From an uncultured Acidobacteriota bacterium (GTDB lineage Bacteria; Acidobacteriota; Vicinamibacteria; Vicinamibacterales; 2-12-FULL-66-21), in the NCBI GenBank assembly GCA_963773005.1, contig CAVYZR010000004.1:20398-84397 (forward strand): a stretch of DNA of 64,000 bases. The letters run 5' to 3'. The notes under the pieces were generated by a model. The model did no database searches, was not told where the DNA came from, and worked only from the letters and a program-made list of their open reading frames with translations. Positions 28,362-37,747 of the stretch are shown piece by piece. How positions within the stretch are numbered: position 1 is the stretch's first letter; each line of letters starts with the position of its first letter. Both the position numbers and the translations under genes were made by a program.

Positions 28362-31094
28362 ATGATCACAAAAACGATCTCACATTACGAGATCCTCGAG
28401 CCGCTCGGCGAAGGCGGGATGGGCGTCGTCTACCGCGCCGTCGATACTCGCCTCGGCCGGCCCGTCGCGGTCAAGCTGCTCAAGCCTGATCGCACGATCG
28501 ATGGCGAGACTCGCCAGCGGTTTGTTCAGGAGGCCAGAGCCGCCTCCGCCCTGAATCATCCGCACATCATCACCATTTATGAGATTGGGCAGTCCGACGG
28601 CGTCGACTTCATCGCGATGGAGTACGTCGCCGGCTCCACACTCGCTTATCAGATCGGGCGCGGCCGGCTGAGTATCACTGCCGCGCTCGGCTATGCCATT
28701 CAGATTGCGGACGCGCTGGCAACCGCGCACGCGGCCGGCATTCTTCACCGCGACCTCAAGCCGGCCAACATCATGGTCAGCGATAAAGGTCCACTCAAGG
28801 TGCTCGACTTCGGCCTGGCGAAGCTCACCGACGCCGGCAGCCAAGCGATCGACGAACGGCTGACGACGCGAACCGCGCCCGCAGACGGGCGCCTGCAGAC
28901 CGAGGAAGGCGCGATCCTCGGCACTGCCGCCTACATGTCGCCCGAACAGGCAGAGGGAAAACCCGCGGATGCCCGATCGGATGTCTTCGCGTTTGGCGCG
29001 GTCCTCTATGAAATGGTCACCGGCCGTCGCGCGTTCATCGGCGCGACAAGAATGTCGACGCTCGCGGCAATCCTGACACGAGAGCCGGACCCGCCGAGCG
29101 ATGCGATCCCTCACGTGCCGCGCGATCTCGAGCGGCTGATCCTCCGTTGTCTGCGAAAGAATCCCGAGCGGCGTTGGCAATCGATGGCGGATCTGAAGGT
29201 GGCGCTGGAGGACGTACCAGACGAATCCGACTCGCGAGGTGAGAGCGCACCGCCGGTATCCGCGCCGGCACGGGTGTGGAAATGGAGCGCGCTCGCGTTG
29301 ACTGCGATCGCAATCGGAGCGCTGACGTTCGGGGGGTGGTGGCGGGCGACTCGGCGGCAGCCCGACGGGGGCCCCGCGCCCTTTCTGACCAGGCTGACGT
29401 CCGACGTCGGCTGGACCGACGATCCAGCCATCTCACTCGATGGAAAATTTCTCGCGTACGCATCCGACCGGAGCGGCGACGACAATCTGGATATCTGGGT
29501 GCAGCAGATCCCAGACGGCCCTCCATTCAGGCTCACCCGAGACACCGCCGACGAAGTCGAACCGTCGTTCTCGGCCGATGGAAGCCGGATCGCGTTTCGA
29601 TCGACCCGGCTCGGAGGAGGCGTGTACATCGTCCCGACCCTCGGCGGCGAAGAGCGGCTGCTCGCCGCGAGGGCCTTCTCCCCGCGGTTTTCGCCTGACG
29701 GACGCTGGATCGCGTATGGCGTCGCGGAACCGACTGGCAGCCACATCGAGGTGGCTCCAGCCGCTGGGGGCCCGGCGGCCTCGATCGCAACCGGCTTTTA
29801 CCGGGCTCAGGCGCCGGTTTGGTCCCCCGACGGCCGACATCTGCTGTTCTGGGCGCAGCGCCACCGCGACGCGCCGCCGGAAAACAACATCGACTGGTAC
29901 GTGACGGCGATTCCAGGCGGGTCGCCCGTCCGGACAGAAGCGCGCGCAGCGCTACTTCGAGAAAAATTTCAGGCGTTTCAGGGACTGCCGTCGCCGGATG
30001 CGTGGGCCCAGGTTGGAAATCGCATTCTGTTTCATGGCAGCGTCGGTGACTCCTCGAACATGTGGCAGGTGGCGATCGCTCCTGGCAGTTGGCAGATCAG
30101 CGGGGTACCGCAACGAGCCACGTTTGGCACAACTGACGAAGCCGCGGCCTCGGTCGCCTCCGACGGACGGATGGTGTTCATCAGCCGAACGATGGGAGCC
30201 GACATCTGGAGCCTGCCAATCGACGCCAATCGCGGGAAGCAAGAGGGTGACCTCAGACGCGTGACCCAGGACGCAGCCGACGATTACGACCCGTCGGTGT
30301 CAGAAGACGGGACGACACTGGTCTTCCGTTCGCGCCGAGGTGGGCGATTCGGCATCATCCTGAGGAAGCTCGCGACGAACGCGGAGACAGTCCTGACCAG
30401 AATGCTTGAAGATCACTACGCGGCACTCAGCCGCGATGGCACGAAGGTCGCGTATTCGTATCGGGAGAACGGGAAGATGCCCATCTTCATCGTTGCCGCC
30501 TCCGGCGGAGCCCCCGAAAGGGTCTGCGACGACTGCGGTGAAGTCGAGGCCTGGACGCCGACCGGTGATCGGATCCTGTATGTCACGGCTGGGGATCCGT
30601 CAGGGGTGGGCCTCTTGACGATCGGCGCCTCTCACAACGATGCGTGGCTGAAAAACCCTGGCTATGGCATCTACAACTCGCGCCTGTCATCGGACGGTCA
30701 GTGGGTCGCCTTCAACGGCAGGCGGGATCGTCTCGCACCGGCGCAAGTATTTGTCGCGAGAATTGAGGGATCAGCGGTCGCGGGCTCGAAGGACTGGATC
30801 GCGGTGAGCGCGGATGGCGATGCCCCTGCCTGGTCGCCGGACGCGAGCGCCCTGTACTTCTGGTCGGATCGCGACAAGTCTCCGTGCGTGTGGGCCCAGC
30901 CTCTCGACCCGGCGACGAAACGGCCGGTCGGAGCGCCGCTGAGCATCCAGCACTTTCATCGCACGGGACTCTCGTTGAGGAACCTCTACCTCGGCGCGCC
31001 GGGGATTGCGGTTGCGCGGGACAAGATTGTCTTCAATCTCGGAGAACATACCGGCAATATCTGGATGACACAGCTATCGCCACCGCAGGATTGA
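28362..31094 (+). CDS. Ser/Thr protein kinase fused to TolB-like PD40 beta-propeller repeats
   Basis: Kinase motifs GEGGMGVVYRA, VAVK, HRDLKPANIM, DFGLAK and SPEQ. One TM segment, then many repeats of the type ...P.FS.DG..IAF.S.R.G...I... Confidence 0.9.
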   Translation: MITKTISHYEILEPLGEGGMGVVYRAVDTRLGRPVAVKLLKPDRTIDGETRQRFVQEARAASALNHPHIITIYEIGQSDGVDFIAMEYVAGSTLAYQIGRGRLSITAALGYAIQIADALATAHAAGILHRDLKPANIMVSDKGPLKVLDFGLAKLTDAGSQAIDERLTTRTAPADGRLQTEEGAILGTAAYMSPEQAEGKPADARSDVFAFGAVLYEMVTGRRAFIGATRMSTLAAILTREPDPPSDAIPHVPRDLERLILRCLRKNPERRWQSMADLKVALEDVPDESDSRGESAPPVSAPARVWKWSALALTAIAIGALTFGGWWRATRRQPDGGPAPFLTRLTSDVGWTDDPAISLDGKFLAYASDRSGDDNLDIWVQQIPDGPPFRLTRDTADEVEPSFSADGSRIAFRSTRLGGGVYIVPTLGGEERLLAARAFSPRFSPDGRWIAYGVAEPTGSHIEVAPAAGGPAASIATGFYRAQAPVWSPDGRHLLFWAQRHRDAPPENNIDWYVTAIPGGSPVRTEARAALLREKFQAFQGLPSPDAWAQVGNRILFHGSVGDSSNMWQVAIAPGSWQISGVPQRATFGTTDEAAASVASDGRMVFISRTMGADIWSLPIDANRGKQEGDLRRVTQDAADDYDPSVSEDGTTLVFRSRRGGRFGIILRKLATNAETVLTRMLEDHYAALSRDGTKVAYSYRENGKMPIFIVAASGGAPERVCDDCGEVEAWTPTGDRILYVTAGDPSGVGLLTIGASHNDAWLKNPGYGIYNSRLSSDGQWVAFNGRRDRLAPAQVFVARIEGSAVAGSKDWIAVSADGDAPAWSPDASALYFWSDRDKSPCVWAQPLDPATKRPVGAPLSIQHFHRTGLSLRNLYLGAPGIAVARDKIVFNLGEHTGNIWMTQLSPPQD

Positions 31095-31145
31095 CCTCAT
31101 CCGTCCGAGTCCGCCAGCGAGCGGCTTGCGTCCGCGCATCGAGTA

Positions 31146-32480
31146 GTGAACAATCCGGCCATGCTCCAACCAGTCAGTCGTGTCGTCGATCTCCTCGATC
31201 CCGCGCTGAACCGCATCTGCAACATGGACGTGGGCGAGGCGCGGCGCCGGGTCCGCGAAGGGAGTCCCGCCGACGTTCGCGGCATCGATGGATCTTTCGC
31301 GCTCGTCGCGGCGGAGGGCGTGAACGTCCGGCTCGCCCGTTCGCTCGATCGGCCGATGCGGTACTTCCTCGCCAAGCGTCACGAAGGCCCGGCGCTCTAC
31401 GTCGCGGATCGCATCGACCGGCTGCGCGACGCGCTTGTGGCCGACGGGCTGGACAACCAGTTCCATCCCAGTTACACGCGCATGATCCCCGCCCACTATG
31501 TGGTCGAGATCGCACTCGTCGGTTGCCCTGACCCGGATCCGGTCTACACGCGATTCTTCACGCCGACACCGAACGCGCTGCCGCCATCCCTCGACGAGAT
31601 CGGACGACAGTACGTGGGCGCGATGGCCCGCGAGATCGAGAAGTGGCTGACACGCATCGACGTGAGCGAGCCGATCGGCGTCGCTTTCTCCGGTGGCATC
31701 GATAGCGGGGCGGTCTTCCTCGTCATCTACCACACGATGATGCGGCTTGGTGTGTCACCGGCGAGGCTCAAGGCCTTCGTGCTGAACCTCGGCGCTGGAC
31801 CCGACGTCGATCAAGCGCGGGCGTTCCTGTCATTTGTCGGACTCTCATTGTTCCTTGAAGAGATCGACTCGTCGGCCGAGCGATTGAGCGTCGACGAAAC
31901 GCTACGTGTCCTCGAGGACTACAAGCCGCTCGACGTCGAATGCACGGCGATGGGGCTCGAACTATGCCGGGGCATCCGCGCTCGCTACCCTGGCTGGCGC
32001 TATCTCGCCGACGGCGACGGCGGCGACGAGAACCTCAAGGACTATCCGATCGAGGAAAACCACGAGCTGACGATCAGGAGCGTCATCGACAACCTCATGC
32101 TCTACCAGGAAGGCTGGGGCGTCGGGCGCATCAAGCACTCACTGACGTATAGCGGTGGACTCAGCCGCAGTTACGTGCGGACCTACGCGCCGGCGCGGCA
32201 CTACGGCTTCGATGGCTTCAGTCCCTACGCGCAACCCGCGGTCGTCGAGACCGCCGAAGGCATCCCGTTCGCGGCGCTGACGCACTACGACGTCCCGACG
32301 CTCTACGCGCTCAAGGGCGAGATCGTCGGGCGCGGCGTGAAGGCGGTCACCGGACTCGACATGCCGATCTTCCCGAAGCGCCGATTCCAGCACGGCGCGA
32401 TGCCGGCCGAGGCGATGCACACGCGACTTCGCGGCACCGAACATACGTACCGGCGCACGTTTCACGGCCTCTACAGCTAA
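31146..32480 (+). CDS. Asparagine-synthetase-fold ATP-pyrophosphatase protein lacking the N-terminal Cys nucleophile
   Basis: PP-loop IGVAFSGGIDSGAVF. A degenerate N-terminal glutaminase-like segment (IDGSFALVAAEG...LARSLDRPMRYF). No Cys at position 2. The start is GTG 31146 or ATG 31161. Confidence 0.75.
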   Translation: MNNPAMLQPVSRVVDLLDPALNRICNMDVGEARRRVREGSPADVRGIDGSFALVAAEGVNVRLARSLDRPMRYFLAKRHEGPALYVADRIDRLRDALVADGLDNQFHPSYTRMIPAHYVVEIALVGCPDPDPVYTRFFTPTPNALPPSLDEIGRQYVGAMAREIEKWLTRIDVSEPIGVAFSGGIDSGAVFLVIYHTMMRLGVSPARLKAFVLNLGAGPDVDQARAFLSFVGLSLFLEEIDSSAERLSVDETLRVLEDYKPLDVECTAMGLELCRGIRARYPGWRYLADGDGGDENLKDYPIEENHELTIRSVIDNLMLYQEGWGVGRIKHSLTYSGGLSRSYVRTYAPARHYGFDGFSPYAQPAVVETAEGIPFAALTHYDVPTLYALKGEIVGRGVKAVTGLDMPIFPKRRFQHGAMPAEAMHTRLRGTEHTYRRTFHGLYS

Positions 32481-32493
32481 TGTCCCGGCCGCA

Positions 32494-33492
32494 ATGACGC
32501 TCTACCCTGCGGGGTCTGCTGCGCGAGATCGTTTCGTTCTCGAACAGCGCCCGCCGCGCGCGACGCACGATCCCTGGCAGTCTCACGCCGTACTCGTCGA
32601 GGACGAACTGGCTGCCGACCGAACGATCGTAGGCGTGTGCACCGTGTTTCTTACCGGTCGCGAGTGTCCATGGCGGTGCGTGATGTGCGACCTCTGGCAG
32701 CACACCACGGAACGCGACACGCCTGACGGAGCGATTGCGGCGCAGGTCGCCTGCGCGCGACAGACTCTCGGCCGCTCGGACCAGCCGGTCAGCCAGATCA
32801 AGCTGTACAACGCCGGGAGCTTCTTTGATCCCCGCGCAGTGCCAGACGACGACTACGATGGCGTCGCGGTCGCGGTCGCTGGCCTGTCGCGCGTGATCGT
32901 CGAGTCACATCCGGCGCTGGTCGGCGAGCGCACTCGCCGTTTTCTCGAAGCGCTGCATCGCCATCAGGTGGCTGATGTCGTCCCAATGCTCGAAGTCGCG
33001 ATCGGGCTCGAGACGGCACATCCCGAGGCGCTCGAGCGGCTGAACAAGAAGATGACGACCGGCGATTTTCTTCTCGCCGCCGGCCGTCTCCAGTCGCTTG
33101 GCGTCGCGCTTCGAGTGTTCCTGCTCGTGTCGCCGCCGTTTGTCCCGAAGGATGAACAGGACGAATGGCTGCTCCGCTCGCTCGATCTGGCGCGCGAAGC
33201 CGGCGCGACGGCCGTGTCGCTCATACCCACGCGACCGGGAAACGGCGCGCTCGACGCGCTCGAAGAGAACGGCCTCTTCCGGCGGCCCTCTCTGCTCGAT
33301 CTCGAGCGAAGCCTGACGCTCGCGCTGACGCGCGTGTCTGGACGGGAAACCCGCGTGTTTGCCGACCTCTGGGATCTGGAGCGATTCGCCGATTGTCAGC
33401 TCTGTCTAGCGGCGCGTCGCGAACGCCTGCGCGCGATGAACATCTTGCAGCGCTTTCAGCCACCGGTGTCCTGTCCGCATTGCGGGCATTGA
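32494..33492 (+). CDS. Radical SAM enzyme (Elp3/TIGR01210-like layout)
   Basis: CPWRCVMC (CxxxCxxC) follows FLTGRE. A TIM-barrel-like pattern is present. C-terminal CQLC...CPHC pair. Confidence 0.75.
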   Translation: MTLYPAGSAARDRFVLEQRPPRATHDPWQSHAVLVEDELAADRTIVGVCTVFLTGRECPWRCVMCDLWQHTTERDTPDGAIAAQVACARQTLGRSDQPVSQIKLYNAGSFFDPRAVPDDDYDGVAVAVAGLSRVIVESHPALVGERTRRFLEALHRHQVADVVPMLEVAIGLETAHPEALERLNKKMTTGDFLLAAGRLQSLGVALRVFLLVSPPFVPKDEQDEWLLRSLDLAREAGATAVSLIPTRPGNGALDALEENGLFRRPSLLDLERSLTLALTRVSGRETRVFADLWDLERFADCQLCLAARRERLRAMNILQRFQPPVSCPHCGH

Positions 33493-33501
33493 AGCACCTG
33501 A

Positions 33502-33660
33502 CTCATAAGCCCAACCCAGGCTGAACGCGCCGACGGCGATGGTTCACGATGAACACGATGACCCGATGGACACGAAGAGAACCTCTAGGGATCCATCGTG
33601 AACATCGTGTCATCGTGCGCATCGTGCTGTCACGTCGGGTCGTGAGAGTTTCATGAGACG
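33502..33660 (+). repeat. M-element copy 1 (MITE-like, about 160 nt)
   Basis: Alignable end to end with 45345..45504 and, inverted, with 52716..52875. Termini are ctcataa...tcatgag. The internal hairpin is built from cacgatg/catcgtg repeats. Confidence 0.85.
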
Positions 33661-33674
33661 GCTCTTGGCCTCGT

Positions 33675-35243
33675 TTGATGCCAATAACGCGCTCCGTTGA
33701 CGTCGACATCGCGATCGTCGGCTCAGGATTCGCCGGCGCGTTGTGCGCCCTCGCGCTCCGGCAACGAGGGCGCCGCGTCGCCCTCGTCGAACGGGGCCGC
33801 CACCCGCGGTTCGCGATCGGCGAGTCAACGACACCCCTCACCAACCTCCTGCTCGAAGAGCTCGCCGACCGATACGACTTGCCGCGAGTTCGATCGTTCT
33901 CGAAATGGGGCACCTGGCAGCGGACGCACCCCGACGTCGCGTGCGGCCTCAAACGCGGTTTCACCTTCCTCTTCCATCAGCACGGAGAGCGATTCGTCGA
34001 CGACGGCGCCCACACGCGTCAGCTGCTCGTCGCGGCCAGCCCGAACGACGAGGTGGCCGATACGCACTGGTACCGCCCGGCATTCGATCTCGCGCTGGTC
34101 GAAGAGGCGCAATCGGCGGGTGCGATTTACCTCGACGAAACGCGGCTCGAGCGCATCCGCGACACGCCCTGTGGAATGACGCTCGAAGGCACGCGCGACG
34201 GACAGCCAGTCGAGATCGAGGCCGGGTTCGTCATCGATGCCAGCGGCCCTCGCGGATTTCTGACAACCGCGTTCGGCACGGGCAACGCGCCCTTGAGGTG
34301 GCTGCCACCGACACAGGGCCTTTTCACCCACTTTGAGGGCGTGCAGCCCTGGGCCGACATCGCGCCCACGGACGGCTCTCCCCCATACCCGCCCGACGCC
34401 GCGGCGCTCCACCACGTGTTTCCAGGCGGCTGGATCTGGGTGCTGCGCTTCAACAACGGAATCACGAGCGCCGGCGCCGCGCTCACGGATGGACTCGCAG
34501 CCGACCTTCGAGCCTCCGAAGGTGCGCCCGCGTGGGATCGCCTGCTCGAGCGCCTGCCGTCGGTTCGCGATCAGTTCAACTCGGCCCGCGCCACGCTCCC
34601 GTTCATCCACACGCCGCGCGTCGCATTCCGGTGCCACGAGGTCGTCGGGGCGAAGTGGGCCTTGCTCCCGTCGGCCGCGGGAGTCATCGACCCGCTGCTG
34701 TCGACCGGATTCCCGCTGACGCTGCTTGGCCTGTCGCGACTACTCGAAGTACTCGAGACGACCGTTCCCGGCGCTGAGCGCGAGGCCGCCCTGAAGACAT
34801 ATGCCGAGACGACCCAGCAGGAACTCGACATCACCGAGCAGCTCGTCGGCGCGCTCTACGCATGCATGGCCGACCCGCCGCTCTTCAAGCGCCTCAGCCT
34901 GCTCTATTTCGCCGCTGCGAGCTTTAGCGAGACGGTGCGACGACTCGGCCGGCCTCAGCTCGCGCCCGGGTTCCTGCTCAATGCGCATCCTCGATTCGGT
35001 GTCGAGCTTCGCGAGTGTGCGGCGGCTGCCGCCGTCGCTCCCAAAGGCGACCAACGAGCCGCCCTGGTCGAACGTATCGATCGCGCGATCGAGCCGTTTG
35101 ATACGGCTGGCCTGCTCGATCGATCGAGGCGTGACTGGTTTCCGGTGCGGGCCGACGATCTCATCGGCAGCGCTGCGAAGCTCGAGGCATCAGCCGACGA
35201 TGTAAACCGTCTGCTGTTGCGGTGTGGGCTGGTGCGAAGCTGA
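33675..35243 (+). CDS. FAD-dependent oxidoreductase with flavin-dependent-halogenase-like motifs
   Basis: IAIVGSGFAGALCALAL (GxGxxG), RFAIGESTTP, FPGGWIWVLRF (WxWxIP-like), and IDPLLSTGF. Confidence 0.65.
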   Translation: MMPITRSVDVDIAIVGSGFAGALCALALRQRGRRVALVERGRHPRFAIGESTTPLTNLLLEELADRYDLPRVRSFSKWGTWQRTHPDVACGLKRGFTFLFHQHGERFVDDGAHTRQLLVAASPNDEVADTHWYRPAFDLALVEEAQSAGAIYLDETRLERIRDTPCGMTLEGTRDGQPVEIEAGFVIDASGPRGFLTTAFGTGNAPLRWLPPTQGLFTHFEGVQPWADIAPTDGSPPYPPDAAALHHVFPGGWIWVLRFNNGITSAGAALTDGLAADLRASEGAPAWDRLLERLPSVRDQFNSARATLPFIHTPRVAFRCHEVVGAKWALLPSAAGVIDPLLSTGFPLTLLGLSRLLEVLETTVPGAEREAALKTYAETTQQELDITEQLVGALYACMADPPLFKRLSLLYFAAASFSETVRRLGRPQLAPGFLLNAHPRFGVELRECAAAAAVAPKGDQRAALVERIDRAIEPFDTAGLLDRSRRDWFPVRADDLIGSAAKLEASADDVNRLLLRCGLVRS

Positions 35244-35269
35244 TTGCTGCGGGTGAGACGTCGTCTCCA

Positions 35270-35782
35270 CTAACTCTGCTGGCGTCGTCGCAGCAGCAGC
35301 TTCAACCACAAGAATCCGACCGCGATGAACGGAACCAGATAGACCACGACGAGACCTGGCGCCGGCCGGAGATCGTAAGTCGCGTCCACTTCGGCCTCGA
35401 CTGTTGCCGGACCGAGTGAACCATCAATCGTCACGCGCACCAGGTAGCGCCCTTCGTGATCCATTACGAGCGCTGAAAGCCACTGCGAAGCATTCCTTGC
35501 CTCTGATTGAGCTGGGGCCTCGATCGTCGGACCAGCACGGTCGAGCGGCCTGATCGCGACCTGCACGCGCGTGCCCGTCGGTGGCGGCGTACCAAAAGTG
35601 ATCCAGAACCTCCCTGCTGCCGTTCCATCGTCGGTGCTGTCGGGATCGGCCCAGATCGAGACCTTGTATGGCCCGACGATGCGGTTCGATACGAGTGGAA
35701 TTGGCGGACCCGCATGCCCGAGCACCGGACCACTCGTGAACAAGAGGACCATGATCGACCCAACGAGAACGTGAGATCTCAC
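35270..35782 (-). CDS. Exported beta-sandwich-like protein with C-terminal TM anchor (FixH/YtkA-like suspected)
   Basis: GTG 35782 overlaps the upstream stop (GTGA). It has a signal-like N-terminus, a beta-rich middle and a C-terminal helix VVVYLVPFIAVGFLWLKLLL. The function call is weak. Confidence 0.5.
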   Translation of the reverse strand: MRSHVLVGSIMVLLFTSGPVLGHAGPPIPLVSNRIVGPYKVSIWADPDSTDDGTAAGRFWITFGTPPPTGTRVQVAIRPLDRAGPTIEAPAQSEARNASQWLSALVMDHEGRYLVRVTIDGSLGPATVEAEVDATYDLRPAPGLVVVYLVPFIAVGFLWLKLLLRRRQQS

Positions 35783-37260
35783 TCCGCCAGTCCCATCCCT
35801 CTCATCTCCATTGGCTGGAAGAGGATCCAGATCGCGATGGCCCCAAGTAGGGCGACAAGGAGAGCCCATGGAACGGTCGCCAGATTCGGCCGGCTCGGAT
35901 AGTCGCGACGCGAGATGACGTGCATCACGCCGACCGATCCGGCGATGCCGAGCAGGATGCATCCCAGTTGAATTGGGTATACCGCGCCCGGGCGCATCCC
36001 CGCCCAGCGCCAAAGCGGACTGCCGAGAACTGGTGAACCCATCAGATCGATCGCGGCGCTCTGCGTGACGGGAACGACCGTCAACGCGCCGGTCAGGAAA
36101 TGGAAACCGTAGTGCGCGAGCCACATGGAAAAGCCGAACGGCACGAGTCCGTAGGCGTATCGCAGCGCGATTCGACCTGTCGACAGCGTCTTATCGCGGC
36201 CAAGTGCTCGCGTCAGGCCTGCAGCGGCACCGAGCAAGACGAGTGGCGCCACGCCAAGGCCGACCAGGAATAGACAGCCGAGCACCAGAGATTCAGATTT
36301 GCTGGCAAACGTCTGGGCCAACCACGCTTCGACGCTGTAGGCCGGCGATACCATCGCGAATGCGTTCAACAGCGCCCCAAACACAAACAGCACCGCGAGC
36401 ATAGCGATATCCGGGCGGTTGTTCAGCCTCCCAATACCGGATCGACGACGAGCATCGGCCAGCTCGAGGCCTGGCGTACGAACCGAGATGGCAATGTTGT
36501 CGTGTGGACAGGCGTGAACGCAGTCCAGGCAGAATGTGCAGTCGATGTTGCCGACCTTCGCGGGCAGATACAAGCCCAGTTCACAGCCACGCTGCACAAC
36601 CCGGCCGGGCGACTCCGGCCCTCGCCGTCCCGCGATGCAGTCCGAAGTGCGACAGGACTCGCAGGTTGACCGTTTTCGAATCTCGAGCTCGAGCGGCGAC
36701 ATCGTCGACGCAACAAAATTGAACTGACCAACCGGACAGAGGTGCTTGCAGAAGCTGGCGCCTTTGAAGACGAGGTCAATCGCCAGCGCCGCGGCGAAGT
36801 ACGAGAGAACCAGGAACGCCGTCGCTCGTGGCAGTGCCCACAGATCGAAAAGCTCGTACGAAAAGAGCACACCAGCGAAGAGCACGATAGCGAGCCATTT
36901 ACCACGCAGCTTCTTGGGCCACTGACGCGCCGGCGGGTGAACGTGGCGACCCAGGTCGCGGACGAGCACGAAAGGACATCCCGCGCAGAAGAGATTGCCC
37001 GCGGCCAGCAGCGCGATGACGAGCAGTCCGCGATAGTGCACCCAGGTGAGGACCGTCGAAAGGTTGCCTGATGCGACTTGCGGGCCGACCAGGCCATGCA
37101 GGACGAGTACGCCTGCGGCGGCGAGCAGGACGACCTGCAGGAACGTGCGCGCGTGTCGACGCTTGAGCAACCGGCCCACGAGCGGCCAGCGGAGAACGTC
37201 GGCGCCCGCAGTTGTCTCGCCGGTGACCGGCGTCATCTGCCACATAGAGAGAGGGGTCAA
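35779..37260 (-). CDS. Polytopic membrane 4Fe-4S ferredoxin-type protein (CcoG/FixG/NapH-like)
   Basis: Cys motifs CAGCPF, CKHLCPVG, CESCRTSDC and CTFCLDCVHACP lie between TM helices, with additional C-terminal TM helices. Confidence 0.75.
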   Translation of the reverse strand: MTPLSMWQMTPVTGETTAGADVLRWPLVGRLLKRRHARTFLQVVLLAAAGVLVLHGLVGPQVASGNLSTVLTWVHYRGLLVIALLAAGNLFCAGCPFVLVRDLGRHVHPPARQWPKKLRGKWLAIVLFAGVLFSYELFDLWALPRATAFLVLSYFAAALAIDLVFKGASFCKHLCPVGQFNFVASTMSPLELEIRKRSTCESCRTSDCIAGRRGPESPGRVVQRGCELGLYLPAKVGNIDCTFCLDCVHACPHDNIAISVRTPGLELADARRRSGIGRLNNRPDIAMLAVLFVFGALLNAFAMVSPAYSVEAWLAQTFASKSESLVLGCLFLVGLGVAPLVLLGAAAGLTRALGRDKTLSTGRIALRYAYGLVPFGFSMWLAHYGFHFLTGALTVVPVTQSAAIDLMGSPVLGSPLWRWAGMRPGAVYPIQLGCILLGIAGSVGVMHVISRRDYPSRPNLATVPWALLVALLGAIAIWILFQPMEMRGMGLAE

Positions 37261-37288
37261 ACCGGGGTCAGACGGGGGTCAGACCCCA

Positions 37289-37747
37289 TCAGCCGCCTCC
37301 ACCCGGACGCCGCACGGTCGTCGCTCCCGCGCGGTGATCAATCGGTCGATTGTCGGCGCGAGTGCCCCGCACGAACAGAATCCACTCTCCAGCCATCGTC
37401 AGGCGCAGGCGGACCGTATAGACGCCGTCGCTCTCTTCCCGCGCGCCCTCGATGACGGGTGCCATCCCCGGGTGGGACATGTGTGCTTCGACACGGAGTG
37501 TCGCCCCGCGGACGGGCTGCCCTGTCCGATTGCGAAGCGTGATCTCCGCATGCGCCTCTTCATCGACGACCGGCGCCAGCGGCATCATCTTCAACTCGGC
37601 CACTACTTCATCAGCGGGACCAACGGTTCGTCCGCACGCGGACCAGAGGAGGCAACCGAACGTCAGGAAGGCGACAGGTCGCTTCAGAGCGCGTCGCCAC
37701 CAGCCTGTTTTCAGGCGGCAGCACCCGCCCGACGATGCAGCGCGCAC
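37289..37747 (-). CDS. FixH/YtkA-like lipoprotein (possible Cu-binding HMSHPGM motif)
   Basis: Lipobox LWSAC|G. RVEAHMSHPGMAPV...DGVYTVRLRLTMAGEWILFV is typical of YtkA/FixH-type domains. There is no in-frame start near the signal peptide. Either GTG 37747 is used (overlapping the upstream gene), or GTG 37700 with one extra base at about 37694, which would give MARALKRPVAFLTFGCLLWSACG. Confidence 0.6.
   Translation of the reverse strand: MRAASSGGCCRLKTGWWRRALKRPVAFLTFGCLLWSACGRTVGPADEVVAELKMMPLAPVVDEEAHAEITLRNRTGQPVRGATLRVEAHMSHPGMAPVIEGAREESDGVYTVRLRLTMAGEWILFVRGTRADNRPIDHRAGATTVRRPGGGG

Noticed and set aside
33503-33964. ORFs running through the M-elements (for example 33503..33964 on the minus strand, 45331..45591 on the plus strand) that encode HDEHDD / HREHRVIV-type peptides.
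   Set aside because: Reading frames are not conserved between the three copies because loop indels shift the frame. The peptide-like look comes from the cacgatg repeats.
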